In this document: positions 12,739 to 23,037 of the stretch, piece after piece
Layout: each line of letters starts with the position of its first letter
Numbering within the stretch: the first letter of the stretch is position 1
Assembly (NCBI GenBank): GCA_963693365.1
Contig: CAVNZM010000017.1
Location: 6,314,708-6,378,707 of the forward strand
Direction: 5' to 3'
DNA from: Amoebidium appalachense
Lineage: Eukaryota > Protista > Ichthyosporea
Length of the DNA stretch: 64,000 nt
The notes under the pieces: model-generated
Told to the model about the DNA's origin: nothing
Databases searched by the model: none
Seen by the model: only the letters and a program-made list of their open reading frames with translations
Program-made: the position numbers and the translations under genes

Positions 12739-15257
12739 CACCGGCCACAAGAGACGGCACGGGGGGGAGAGGGGGGGCGGTAGCCGTACCACGGTGGTGG
12801 AGCTGACGTTCGTGGACACCCTCAACTTCCTCACCATGTCCCTGTCAGATGCGGGCAAGGCCATGGGGTGTGAGGAGACCAAGGGCCACTTCCCCCACCA
12901 TGCAGCCACCTTTGCCAACTTCAAGGCCGGCACCATTCCCTTCCCCGGGCCCGAGGACTTTGGTGCCCAGGACATGAAGCCCAGACAGCATGCTGCCTTC
13001 ATGCAGTGGTGGCACGAGGAGCAGGCACGTCTGCTTGAGGGGGCCCCGGCAGCCACGTGCTACGACATTGTGCAGCAGTGTGAGGACTACTGTGTCAAGG
13101 ACGTGGTGCTGCTGCAGCAGGTGGTCAAGGCCTTCATGTCCAAACTCATTGAGCTGACGGGCATCGACCCCTTCACGTGTGTGACCCTTGCAGCACTGGC
13201 CATGCACTTCTGGATCTCACAGGCCATGCCCAAGGACGTGGCTGTGCTTCGAGACCAGACCATGGGCAACGTCAACAGCAGCAAGAAGGAGCAGGAGTAC
13301 ATCGACTACGTCACCCACGGGCTGGGGGTGGGGCCCGACGACATTGCACGGCACGAGGCCACCGGGTACGGCCCCCACGGGCGGGCCACGGCCGATGCCA
13401 AGGCCACCCACGACGACGGCACGTGCACCTACTACTTCTTCCACGGGTGTGTGTTCCACGGGTGCCCCGAATGCAATATGCACGAGGATCTGACGATGAG
13501 GGTGGTGAAGAGGTCGGCCAAGGAGGCCTACGACAGCACCATGGGCCACGAGAGGTACATCCGTGCCCAGGGGCACAAGGTGCAGAGCATGTGGGAGTGC
13601 AGGTGGGACAGGCTTCGGCAGAGCCCGGAGGTGAAGGCAGCACTTGCAGCACAGGCAGCACGGAGGGAGGGCACCGGCAGGGTGGCCCCCGTGCCCACGG
13701 GCCCGGTGCAGTTCCGTGATGCCTTCTTTGGTGGCCGTACGGAGGTCATCACTCGTCACATCGAGGTCAAGGAGGAGGACTGGCCACAGGCAGGGCTCAA
13801 GTACGTCGACGTCACGTCCCTCTACCCGTACGTGATGATTGACAAGTACATGCCGGTGGGCAAGTCACAGTGGTTCACGTCACTGCCCATCAAGCCGGAG
13901 GACCACCCCTCGGTCATCGTCACGGACCCCCAGGTGCTCAAGGAGAGGCTCGACAAGACGTGCCGTATGACCCCCGGCTCCCCCAAGGCCAGGACCAAGG
14001 GGTACTTTGGTGTTGCACGTGTGAGGGTGCTCCCCCCCAAGGACCTGTTCATCCCCGTGCTGCCTGTGCGTATGACGGGTGCCCAGGGGTACGACAAGCT
14101 GGGCTTTGTGCTGTGCAGGGCCTGCAGCAGCAAGGAGGAGGCCCAGGCCACCTGCATGGACGAGGAGGGCAACCCCCGGGTGCGTGAGCATGTGCAATGC
14201 ACACACACGGACGAGGAGAGGGCACTGGTCGGCACGTGGACGACGGAGGAGCTGAAGGTGGCCGTGCGTGATGGGTACACCCATCCTCGATGTGTACGAT
14301 GTGGTGCATTTCAAGAAACGCACCAAGAACCTGTTTCGGAAGTACGTGCAGACCTTCCTGAAGGTGAAGCTCACCAGCACCACCGTGGATCCTGCCGACA
14401 TACCCGCCCTCGTGCACCTGTTCAAGGAGCACTACGGCATCACGGTGACGGCCGACGAGTTCAGCCCCAACCCTGCCCTTCGTACCATCAGCAAGCTGTT
14501 TTTGAACAGCCTCTGGGGCAAGCTGGTGCAGAGGGCAGGGCTCGACACCATCGAGTTTGTCGACGATGTCGATCGGCTGAGTCTGCTGGTGACCAACCCC
14601 AACATCTTGGTGCTGGACGTCGAGCCCATCGGCGAGCAGAGGGTGGCCATCAAGTACAGGCCCAAGAAGGAGACGGCCCCACCCCCCTCCTACGCGAACA
14701 TCGCCATCGGCACGTTCGTGACGGCCCATGCACGGCTGCACCTCTATGGTGCCCTCCGGTCCCTCTCCCCCCAGCAGGTGGTGTACATGGACACGGACTC
14801 CATCGTCTACCACTACGACAGCAGGGTGCCCCACCTCAGCCACAACATCGACTCCACCAACGGGGACTTGCTGGGCAACTGGAAGAACGAGACCACCGCC
14901 CCCATCGTCGAGTTTGTTGGAGTGGCCCCCAAGACCTATGCCTACCGCACCCAGGACGGCAAGACCGACGTCAAGGTCAAGGGCATCACCCTCTCCCGTC
15001 GTGCAGCCGACATGGTGAACCTCCCCAGCCTCCGTATGCTGGTGCACGGGGAGATGCCGAGTGTGAGTGTCACCAACCACCGGCTGCTGCGTGAGCCCGT
15101 GCCCGGGGTGCCCCACAACTACCACCTGGCCAGCAAGGACCAGAGGAAGACACAGTCGGGGGCCTTCGACAAGAGGGGGGTGTTTGAGGCAGCCGACGGC
15201 AGTGTACGCAGCTACCCCATTGGGTGGGCAGCACCGGAGGGGACTCTGCAGTTTTGA
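9693..15257 (+). CDS. Protein-primed family B DNA polymerase polyprotein (about 1850 aa once three +1 homopolymer frameshifts near 9835, 11845 and 14281 are removed)
   Basis: ExoI LDFET, ExoII HNGSGFDFHF, ExoIII YCVKDV, FFGGRTE, motif A DVTSLYP, motif B KLFLNSLWGK, motif C YMDTDS, KTYAY, KVKGI. Vsr-like insert FHGCVFHGC...MWECRW and Cys/His clusters before the exonuclease. Joins ORFs 9745-11862, 11531-15094 and 14268-15257, plus an upstream start MLDDSQEGFIEDLL at 9693 (start is inferred). Confidence 0.93.
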
Positions 15258-15761
15258 GTGGGGGGAGGGGGAGGGGGAGGGAGGGGGAGGGAAGGGGAAG
15301 GGTTAGTTAGCATTTTAAGTTAAAGTATGCAATTTTTAAATCAAAGTTAAATCAAAGTATCAAAGTATGCAGGGAATACGTTAGGGTAGACATGAAAATT
15401 ATATGGGGTGTCTGTTAACTTAGCTTCAGAAAAAAGGAAAAATGGGGTGCAGTGTGCATGGGAAAGGGGGTCAGAAGAAAAACTTAAAGAAAAAGACGGT
15501 GTTTTTGGGCATACACCACGTGCACCGTATGCATGAGGGGAAGCAGCAAATAAAATCAGAGTTTAATGCAAACACAAACCCTTCCAATGTGGCCTTGGGC
15601 AGAAGCATGAACACCAACAACAGCACCATACATGCATACAAGGGGGGAGACTTGCCAAAAAGAGCAGGCACCAGCACATATAAAAGGCACACACATGTGC
15701 AAAGATACCTCACTTTTTCCAACACGAAAACAGGCAACACACGAAAAAATCAAAATTAAAA

Positions 15762-16650
15762 ATGGATGAAGACACACTGCTAAGTATGGTGGCAGACACC
15801 ACAGACCCCGAGAAGCTGCTAGACTTATGCCCCTTCCTCTTCGACATGTACTGTAGCCCGACCACACCCCCACCCCCACCCCCACTACAACCACCGAATG
15901 CATGTTGGTGGGCATACTGCAACAGGGTGACGTGCACGGGGGGACACGACGACTACGGGCACGACGGTGGAGTCCAGGAGTACGTGTACGAGGAGGGGGG
16001 GAGGGAAAGGGGGGGAGGAGGGGGAGGGAGAGGGGGAGGAGGACTGGGTGTACGACGGGAGGGGGTGGGAGGGGAGTGACGGTGAGGGGAGGAAGACCTA
16101 TGAGGGGTGCACGGCCTTCTGGGACAGGAAGAGGTCACAGCCATACAGACACATCAACCACTTCAAGCAGCTACTTCAGTCGGTGCAGGGGTTGAATGCT
16201 TCCATGGGGGACATGCAGGAGGGGGTGGTGGCAGCATTCAGGGGTGTGGCACACATAGAGAATGCAGACCAGGCAAGGAGGGTGTTGAGACAGAACAAGC
16301 TTACAAAACACTACATGCGTGTACCTTATATATTAAACAGGCTGTACGGTCACCCCCTCCCTAGGTTCACGTGTGAACAGCTCGAGCTGTTGATGGGCAT
16401 GTTTAAGTTCTCCTTGTCGTGGCATAGGAGGCACAAGGAGGACACAAGGAAGAACTTTGTGGGGTACCCGTTCCTGCTGGTGAAAATGGTGGAATTAGTG
16501 GGTGGTATGGATGCTGAGGTGGTGGCTAGGCTGGTGCCGGCCGTCAAAAGCAAGGTGACTAGAGTCAAGAGTGACAAGGTGTGGGTGCAGCTGGAGAGGG
16601 ACCTTAAAAACTACCACATGCTTGTGGAATACAACATGTTTTACCTGTAG
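15762..16650 (+). CDS. VLTF3-like (poxvirus late transcription factor 3 family) protein; one +1 frameshift in a G-run near 16000
   Basis: YRHINHFKQLL, LTKHYMRVPYIL, RKNFVGYPFLLVKMVEL and PAVKS...DKVW match the VLTF3 pattern seen in large eukaryotic DNA viruses. Confidence 0.8.
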
Positions 16651-16767
16651 CCTGGTGCTACTGTACCGTGACCTAAATACAAGACATGTGCACAATATGT
16701 TAGGGGTAGCAGGTGGTGGTAGGGGGTGTGCCAGCACGTGCCCACACTACCGTCGACCCACTCAAGT

Positions 16768-16959
16768 TTATTTAAACACCACAGGTGCCGTGCGTATGGG
16801 ACGGTTGGCGTTGATGCCGGACAACGGTACGGTGTAGGCCAACGGGCGTTCCCGGAAGTCACGTATGGTCGAGACGTCCATGACGTTTAAGCTGTTGTTC
16901 TGCTCCGGAAAAATGAACGGCTTCTTACGTATGGGGGGCCCGCCAATGTTGAGCTCCAT
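16768..16959 (-). CDS. Small hypothetical viral protein (63 aa)
   Basis: ORF with CAAC-ATG context that tiles with neighbouring minus-strand genes. Confidence 0.5.
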   Translation of the reverse strand: MELNIGGPPIRKKPFIFPEQNNSLNVMDVSTIRDFRERPLAYTVPLSGINANRPIRTAPVVFK

Positions 16960-16998
16960 GTTGCAGAAGTAGGGTGTTTACACAACCACACACAATAT

Positions 16999-17235
16999 TT
17001 AATAGTTCTGGAAGGAGCTCTTGTCGGCAGCCACAGGCCAGGGTGTGTACGTGGCCGGCCTCGGCCTCATGGTCCCCCCTGGGCCCTCAATGACGGTGTT
17101 TCCCGGCCCGTAGAACGGTCGGGTTTGGGGTACAGGCCCGGGGGTCGGTCGGGTGCGGTAGGGGAGGGGTACGGGGAGGGGGGCAAGGGTGTGTGGCAAC
17201 GCATACATGCGCATGTGCTCCGTGCCGGGTGCCAT
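16999..17235 (-). CDS. Small proline-rich hypothetical viral protein (78 aa)
   Basis: ORF fills the gap after the large Pro-rich gene; CACCACC-rich leader. Confidence 0.5.
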   Translation of the reverse strand: MAPGTEHMRMYALPHTLAPLPVPLPYRTRPTPGPVPQTRPFYGPGNTVIEGPGGTMRPRPATYTPWPVAADKSSFQNY

Positions 17236-17254
17236 AATGGTGGTGGTGGTGGTG

Positions 17255-19672
17255 TCACTGTTGCCTGTGGCGTAGATTATTTACCCTTCTTCTTGCCGCT
17301 GGTTTCTTCTTGGTGTCCTTCTTCTTCTTGGTGTCCTTCTTCTTGGTGTCCTTCTTCTTGGTGTCCTCCTTCTTCTTGGCGTCCTTCTTCTTGGTGTCCT
17401 CCTTCTTCTTGGTGTCCTTCTTCTTGCCGTCCTTCTTCTTCGTACCCTTCTTCTTGGTGTCCTTCTTCTTCTTATCCTCCTCGGTGGTACCAGTGGTGTA
17501 GTCCAGTGCAAGCTGTGCCAGTCTCACAGTGTCCGGTTGAAAACCAAGGGCCCGGCCAACAGTCGGTAGGGCTGCCCTAACCAACGGAAGGGCTGCTCGG
17601 ACGTGTGGGTGCTGTGTGTGGTGTGGTAGGTCCCCCGACTTGTAGCCGTCATGACGCGTAGCCGGACTTGGTTCTGCAGAGGGGCCTGCAGGGGGAGGCT
17701 TTCTCCCGGACCTACGGCCACCCGAAGGGTCGTGCTCTATAGCTAGAGGGGTGGAGGAGGCCGGTGGAGTCGACTTGTGCTGCTGCACGTAGTACTCCAG
17801 CAAGTGCTTTCCGACGTTTTTCACCTCGGTGATAAGGCCCTGGTCACCCAACACAGCTTCCTGCAGGCTGCCCCCTCCGACCACACTAGCCAGCCTCTCC
17901 CCACCCGCTGAAAGTGCTTCAACGCCACGTTTCAACACCGATTTCATATAGGGTGTCAAGGCCGGGTTGTCAAACACTGAGTTTTGCTCGTACATCCGTC
18001 TCTCATACTCCTCCAGGCTCTCACCGTGCATCCGTTTGAGTGGCCCCAGCAACGCGTTCATACCGGAGGAACCCTTGTCGGTACGGGTCACCGGTACGGG
18101 CTCATAGGTCCCCTCATCGGGTGGGGTAGCAGACGTGGGACCCTCGAGTCCCCCTTGCAGAGTGGTTGACGGTGCAGCCGGGCTCGTGGGGGGTCTCCAG
18201 AGTGCAGGTGTCGTCCCTCCCCCCTTCATGGTGACCGACTTTTTAGTCGTTGGGTAGTAGGTGGCAGCAAGGGAGGGGTGAACCGTCGGAGTCTCGGTTA
18301 GGAATGCCAGTGGTGGTGGTGCACTTAGAACACGGCCAAACTCCCTCCCGGCAGCCCTTGCAGCCCTCGCCTGGTTGCCCTTGTCCCCGAGACCCCAGAG
18401 GATCCACTTGACAAGAGCGAGGCCACCTATCTGTGCCACCCTCCACCAATTCGGGTGGTTCAACATGAGCCACCTCTCCAGCTCCGAGAGGGGGGCCCAA
18501 AAGGAGTCGTCCTCAATAGTGGCAACGGCAGCAGTGGTGGCTTCGGCTAGCTGAGTCTCGGTCGGTGTTGCAGAAGTTGCCGTGCTGGTTGGTGCCATGG
18601 CTGGCAGGTGGGGTGCCGCAGGGGTCGTGGGCAGTGGGCCGGGGTGCCAGTTGGGGGGTGGGTACGGGAGGGGTGGCCCGTCGGGCTTGGCAGGCAGGTG
18701 GGGTGCTGCAGGGGTCGTGGGCAGTGGGCCGGGGTGCCAGTTGGGGGGTGGGTACGGGAGGGGTGGCCCGTCGGGCTTGGCAGGCAGGTGGGGTGCTGCA
18801 GGGGTCGTGGGCAGTGGGCCGGGGTGCCAGTTGGGGGGTGGGTACGGGAGGGGTGGCCCGTCGGGCTTGGCAGGCAGGTGGGGTGCCGCAGGGGTCGTGG
18901 GCAGTGGGCCGGGGTGCCAGTTGGGGGGTGGGTACGGGAGGGGTGGCCCGTCGGGCTTGGCAGGCAGGTGGGGTGCTGCAGGGGTCGTGGGCAGTGGGCC
19001 GGGGTGCCAGTTGGGGGGTGGGTACGGGAGGGGTGTACGGGTGGGTTTGGGTCCCTTCTGCCCTAGGAAACCCGACGGTCGGGGAGTCGTGGTCGAGCCG
19101 CCCGTGTGGGGTGTCAGCGGTCCCTTGGAGACACGGGCAGGGGGACGTATGGCAGACGTTGGCCGTGGTGGTGGTGGTCCAGGGTGCCAGCCCGGGGGTG
19201 GGTAGGGTATGGGAGGGTCAGCTGACTTGGTTGGGTGGTCGGACGGGGTGGGGGAGGGGAGGGGTGCCAGTGGGGTCACGTCAGGCACGGGGGGAGGGGG
19301 TGGTCGGGGTCTGGTCCACACGTACGAGCTACCGTACTTGTCCTTGAGGTGGGAGTAGTAGTCCATGTAGTCTAGGTCCACCTTAACCACCTCCGGCGGA
19401 TGCCCACCCCACAAAGACCCATGGTCAGGGTCCATGTACTTGAGCCTGAGGAAGGCCTCGGGACCCTCCCTAATGAGCTTACGGTATTCATCCGGGTGCA
19501 ACCGCTGCTGCAAAGACCCAAACAAACCGACAGGGAGCTCACGCCACGTTTCCCCGGCGACCTCGTGTGGGTGCTTGTAGCTGACACGGTAATGGCCCAC
19601 ACGTTGTAACCAACCCAAATGCTTGTCCAAGTCATCAGCGTGCCCATGAGGCTGCTGCACGTTGGGGGACAT
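17255..19672 (-). CDS. Large Pro-rich protein with 30-aa tandem repeats and a basic KKKDT-repeat C-terminus
   Basis: About 805-aa ORF; CCACC-ATG at 19672. Confidence 0.75.
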   Translation of the reverse strand: MSPNVQQPHGHADDLDKHLGWLQRVGHYRVSYKHPHEVAGETWRELPVGLFGSLQQRLHPDEYRKLIREGPEAFLRLKYMDPDHGSLWGGHPPEVVKVDLDYMDYYSHLKDKYGSSYVWTRPRPPPPPVPDVTPLAPLPSPTPSDHPTKSADPPIPYPPPGWHPGPPPPRPTSAIRPPARVSKGPLTPHTGGSTTTPRPSGFLGQKGPKPTRTPLPYPPPNWHPGPLPTTPAAPHLPAKPDGPPLPYPPPNWHPGPLPTTPAAPHLPAKPDGPPLPYPPPNWHPGPLPTTPAAPHLPAKPDGPPLPYPPPNWHPGPLPTTPAAPHLPAKPDGPPLPYPPPNWHPGPLPTTPAAPHLPAMAPTSTATSATPTETQLAEATTAAVATIEDDSFWAPLSELERWLMLNHPNWWRVAQIGGLALVKWILWGLGDKGNQARAARAAGREFGRVLSAPPPLAFLTETPTVHPSLAATYYPTTKKSVTMKGGGTTPALWRPPTSPAAPSTTLQGGLEGPTSATPPDEGTYEPVPVTRTDKGSSGMNALLGPLKRMHGESLEEYERRMYEQNSVFDNPALTPYMKSVLKRGVEALSAGGERLASVVGGGSLQEAVLGDQGLITEVKNVGKHLLEYYVQQHKSTPPASSTPLAIEHDPSGGRRSGRKPPPAGPSAEPSPATRHDGYKSGDLPHHTQHPHVRAALPLVRAALPTVGRALGFQPDTVRLAQLALDYTTGTTEEDKKKKDTKKKGTKKKDGKKKDTKKKEDTKKKDAKKKEDTKKKDTKKKDTKKKKDTKKKPAARRRVNNLRHRQQ
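18603..19035 (-). repeat. 90-bp coding tandem repeat, about 5 copies (PPLPYPPPNWHPGPLPTTPAAPHLPAKPDG)
   Basis: GGTACGGGAG recurs at 18661, 18751, 18841, 18931 and 19021. Confidence 0.95.
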
Positions 19673-19705
19673 GGTGGACACGGTATTGTTGTAAACTGGT
19701 GTTTA

Positions 19706-20125
19706 TTATTTGGAGAACCCGGCATACTGTGCCATGGGTTGCCTGGTAAAGCTGTTCTGGGGGTCACCACTACGGCCCACCCTCACGGGTGCAAAGTCCA
19801 GGTAGTAGGTCTGGTTGTTGAACGGGAGACCCCTGCTACCCAGACCACTCCTGCCCGGCATGGAGGGTAGGTGGTTGTCGGCGGGCAGGTTGCCGAAAGT
19901 CGGCAGCTCACGGAACGGCACACCGTACACCCCGGCCTGGAAGGTGCCGTCCGTGTGAGGTACACGGTAGGGGGCAACATAGGCTGCCTCGTACTCGGCC
20001 TGTGGAGCCACCTTGTAGCCGTACACGGCTGCCTGGGTTGGTGTAGGTGCCCACGGTACAACGGCAGTGTCGGTAACATGGCTAGGTGTAGGTGCCCACG
20101 GTACAATAGCAGTGTCGGTAGCCAT
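19706..20125 (-). CDS. Hypothetical viral protein (139 aa) with a duplicated TDTA(I/V)VPWAPTP motif
   Basis: ORF directly downstream of MCP, preceded by TATATAAAAAC and AAAC-ATG. Confidence 0.65.
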   Translation of the reverse strand: MATDTAIVPWAPTPSHVTDTAVVPWAPTPTQAAVYGYKVAPQAEYEAAYVAPYRVPHTDGTFQAGVYGVPFRELPTFGNLPADNHLPSMPGRSGLGSRGLPFNNQTYYLDFAPVRVGRSGDPQNSFTRQPMAQYAGFSK

Positions 20126-20173
20126 GTTTGCCGTGTGTGCTTGTTTTTATATAGCCAGACACAATTTAGCACT

Positions 20174-21922
20174 CTAGGCCTCCACCGTCACCTCACGGGC
20201 ACCAGACAGCACAAGCACGTTTTCATGGTGCACAAACGTGTCAAGGGTCAGGTCGTCGTACTCGTTGGCTCTGGAGGTACCGCTGGTGAACTTCTCCGTG
20301 TTGAGGTGCAGCAGAATGGGGGTAGCATCGGAGCTGGTGTCGAGGCCAGAGTACAGGTCACGGTCCCTCTCCAGGTCAAGGGCAATCATGAACTGTTTAT
20401 CCGGCCAGGCAGTGCTGTTGTACATGCAGTCGGCCGTGACGTCACCCAAGAAGTACAGGGCCTTGGCCAACTCCGCCCATGCCTCGGCACAGTTGTTCGA
20501 GGACACTCGAATCTCGTCGAGGGGCTTCTGGTAGGGTCCTATCTTGATCTGGTAGCTGGTGATGTTACTACGCTTGGACCTGAACGTCTCGCTGTTTGCT
20601 TGGGCCCAGTCGTTGCCACTCCTCACCAGGGACAGCAGGGACTTGACGTTCCGCCCCCGGAACGAAATGTGCAGGTCGGCAGGACTGCCCCCCTTGACGT
20701 AGCTCTGGAAATGGGTGAACGTGCTGTATGGAATATACACGTTCTTCTCCATCAGAGCCTTCTCAAAGCCGGCCGTGTACACGGCGTTCCACTCAATAAT
20801 TTCACAGTGGAAGACGGGGTTGATAATCTCGTAGGACACGTCCTTCACCCATTCCGCGTTCTCGGTGGGCACGTACAGCACCTGGTTGGCCTCCCCCAGC
20901 GACAGCTCGATCTGTACCTCCCCCATGTATGACAGGGGCAGGTACCTGCCGGAACGCATGAGGCCGAGCTTGAGCTGATGAATGTAGGTGAACCCGTCAG
21001 TGGCATCGATCTGGGCCTGAACGTTGACCTGCTGGGGTGGCCACTTGGCCACCTTCTTGGTGTAGTCGAGGTACTTGCCGTCTGTAATGCGGTCCTTGCC
21101 GGGTACACTGTCGGCCTCGGCGGGTGTGGGTATCAAGGTGTCATTGGCAAGGGGGGCTACGTCCTTGAGCTTTTCAATGCCAAACAGCCTCTTGAGCGGG
21201 TCGGGGTTGAAGAGAGCGTATTTACTATCGACAGCCGTATTCCACTTGTCTGCGTACTCCCAGTCGTCGTCCTGGGGCCCGTAGGTGCCATGCATGCGGC
21301 CGGCAGGGCAGTTGCCGTAGTCGGCCGACGACAGGAAGCGTTCAAGGTTGATCATGAGGTGGTTGTACCCAGAAATGTCCTCCACGGTAGTGCCGTTGAT
21401 GGACACGCGGGCACGGTCAAAGGGGGCAGCCGAGGAGCACAGGTGACCACCCATCATAGCCATACCCTCCAGGTTACGGACCTTGAGAGGGAAAATGTCC
21501 TTACTGGCAACAGCCGCCGGATTGAGGGTGTCAGAATCAGCCGTCCCGGTCTGGGGCACAGTGGTACCCTCATAGCCGACAGTGTCCTGGTTGTTGCTGA
21601 TGGGGTGGTCGAGCTGGTCAGGGAGGGGGAACTTCCGCAGTCTCTCCACCTTGACACCCACGTTCTCGGGGGCGTTGGGGACGTTGGCCTTGAACTGGAA
21701 CGTCATGTAGCTGTTGAGACAGTCCAGGAAGCCCACGGCAGGCAGGGAGAACCGAATCACACGCTGCCCCTTGGAGCTGTACGTCGAGCCGGTCACCGGA
21801 TAGGTCTTGACGGTCGATCGGCGGTTAATGTGGCTGAGCTCGACAGGTGAGTAGGTGCCGGCGTCCGTCAGCTTGTGGTAGGCCAGGTTGAGGGGCACGG
21901 AGGCGTCGTAGGGGGCTGCCAT
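20174..21922 (-). CDS. Major capsid protein, double jelly-roll, PLV-type (582 aa)
   Basis: IRFSLPAVGFLDCLNSYMTF, FDRARVSINGTTVEDISGYN, GRYLPLSYMGEVQIELSL, FMIALDLE...SGLDT; adjacent to the packaging ATPase. Confidence 0.85.
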   Translation of the reverse strand: MAAPYDASVPLNLAYHKLTDAGTYSPVELSHINRRSTVKTYPVTGSTYSSKGQRVIRFSLPAVGFLDCLNSYMTFQFKANVPNAPENVGVKVERLRKFPLPDQLDHPISNNQDTVGYEGTTVPQTGTADSDTLNPAAVASKDIFPLKVRNLEGMAMMGGHLCSSAAPFDRARVSINGTTVEDISGYNHLMINLERFLSSADYGNCPAGRMHGTYGPQDDDWEYADKWNTAVDSKYALFNPDPLKRLFGIEKLKDVAPLANDTLIPTPAEADSVPGKDRITDGKYLDYTKKVAKWPPQQVNVQAQIDATDGFTYIHQLKLGLMRSGRYLPLSYMGEVQIELSLGEANQVLYVPTENAEWVKDVSYEIINPVFHCEIIEWNAVYTAGFEKALMEKNVYIPYSTFTHFQSYVKGGSPADLHISFRGRNVKSLLSLVRSGNDWAQANSETFRSKRSNITSYQIKIGPYQKPLDEIRVSSNNCAEAWAELAKALYFLGDVTADCMYNSTAWPDKQFMIALDLERDRDLYSGLDTSSDATPILLHLNTEKFTSGTSRANEYDDLTLDTFVHHENVLVLSGAREVTVEA

Positions 21923-21934
21923 GTTGCCGGTGTG

Positions 21935-22678
21935 TTACACATGGTCGACATTTTTTTCATTCGTGCCGAGCACCACCTCCTCCTCAAAATTGCGAAACAT
22001 CCGACCCTCGTTCAGCCGGATAAAAAGAAAGTCGTGCTTGTCCCGGTAGACCGTGTCCATGAGCTCGAAAAACTGGGGGGTTTCGAGGGCCGGCAAGAAC
22101 TCGTCCCTCAACACCTTGAGCTCGGTGTTGTTGGTGTTCTTAAAATAGGCCAAGGCATCGGCCTGGCTACGTAGCTCAAGGGGGATCTTGTTCAATTTCT
22201 GCCCCACCATCATCACCGACACACCAATGTGTCGTCGGTTCTGTGCCATACGTACAAATTCACGGAGGTTGCCGGATTTTCGGAAAATATGGGACATGTC
22301 GTCGAACACCAACAACATCCGGTAATTTGGGTTGACCTTCTTGTGTTGGAGGGACAGTTTGAGAATCTCGGGGAGGAAGGTGACGTCCTGGTGCAGGCGG
22401 GCCTTGGGAATTTTCAGGGCCGTGCCGAGGGTGTGCATGCTCGGGCTGAAAATGTACACACGGTCAAACTGTTTATTGTAGAACTCGCCCTCCCGGGCAA
22501 TGAGGTTGACGAGCAGGTTGGACTTGCCAGAACCAGGCTGGCCAATAAGCAAAAAGAAGAACACGTTGTCCATGAGGGGGTAGGGCACGTTCAGTTTGGT
22601 GTCACACGTCATCGGAATGTGCTCCACCGACAGTGGTGCCGGCAAGGGGTTGACGGCTATGGGTGGGGTAGGGTGCAT
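21935..22678 (-). CDS. A32/FtsK-HerA-type DNA packaging ATPase
   Basis: Walker A GQPGSGKS, Walker B LLVFDD, RRH...VGQ motif. Confidence 0.92.
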   Translation of the reverse strand: MHPTPPIAVNPLPAPLSVEHIPMTCDTKLNVPYPLMDNVFFFLLIGQPGSGKSNLLVNLIAREGEFYNKQFDRVYIFSPSMHTLGTALKIPKARLHQDVTFLPEILKLSLQHKKVNPNYRMLLVFDDMSHIFRKSGNLREFVRMAQNRRHIGVSVMMVGQKLNKIPLELRSQADALAYFKNTNNTELKVLRDEFLPALETPQFFELMDTVYRDKHDFLFIRLNEGRMFRNFEEEVVLGTNEKNVDHV

Positions 22679-22706
22679 GGTGTCACTCAGTGTAGGGTGG
22701 CTAAAA

Positions 22707-22943
22707 TTAATGACGGCAGCTGTCGATCTGCACGTTGTAGACGGTAAACTCGTCGAGGCACTTGAAACTGCAGAGGTACATAGGCTCGTCCCCCAGCCAC
22801 GTCATGGTGCACCCACAGTCAAAGTCACAGCCTGGCCCCTCCTCCTGCGTGGCACACCGGAACCAGTGCCCACAGAAGTCGCACGCGTGCTGCCACGGCT
22901 CGGCATCCGTGTCGGACGCGCTCTTGGACGTTGTGCCGACCAT
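22707..22943 (-). CDS. Small Cys-rich putative metal-binding protein (78 aa)
   Basis: CDFC...C...CDFDCGC...LCSFKC; CAAC-ATG at 22943. Confidence 0.5.
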   Translation of the reverse strand: MVGTTSKSASDTDAEPWQHACDFCGHWFRCATQEEGPGCDFDCGCTMTWLGDEPMYLCSFKCLDEFTVYNVQIDSCRH

Positions 22944-23037
22944 GTTGGTTGACCGTGTTTGATAGTGGGCACACATTTTTTGGACGTATGTACGCCCAAC
23001 GTTGGAAAAAAATGTGTCCCTATTGGTAACACCAACA

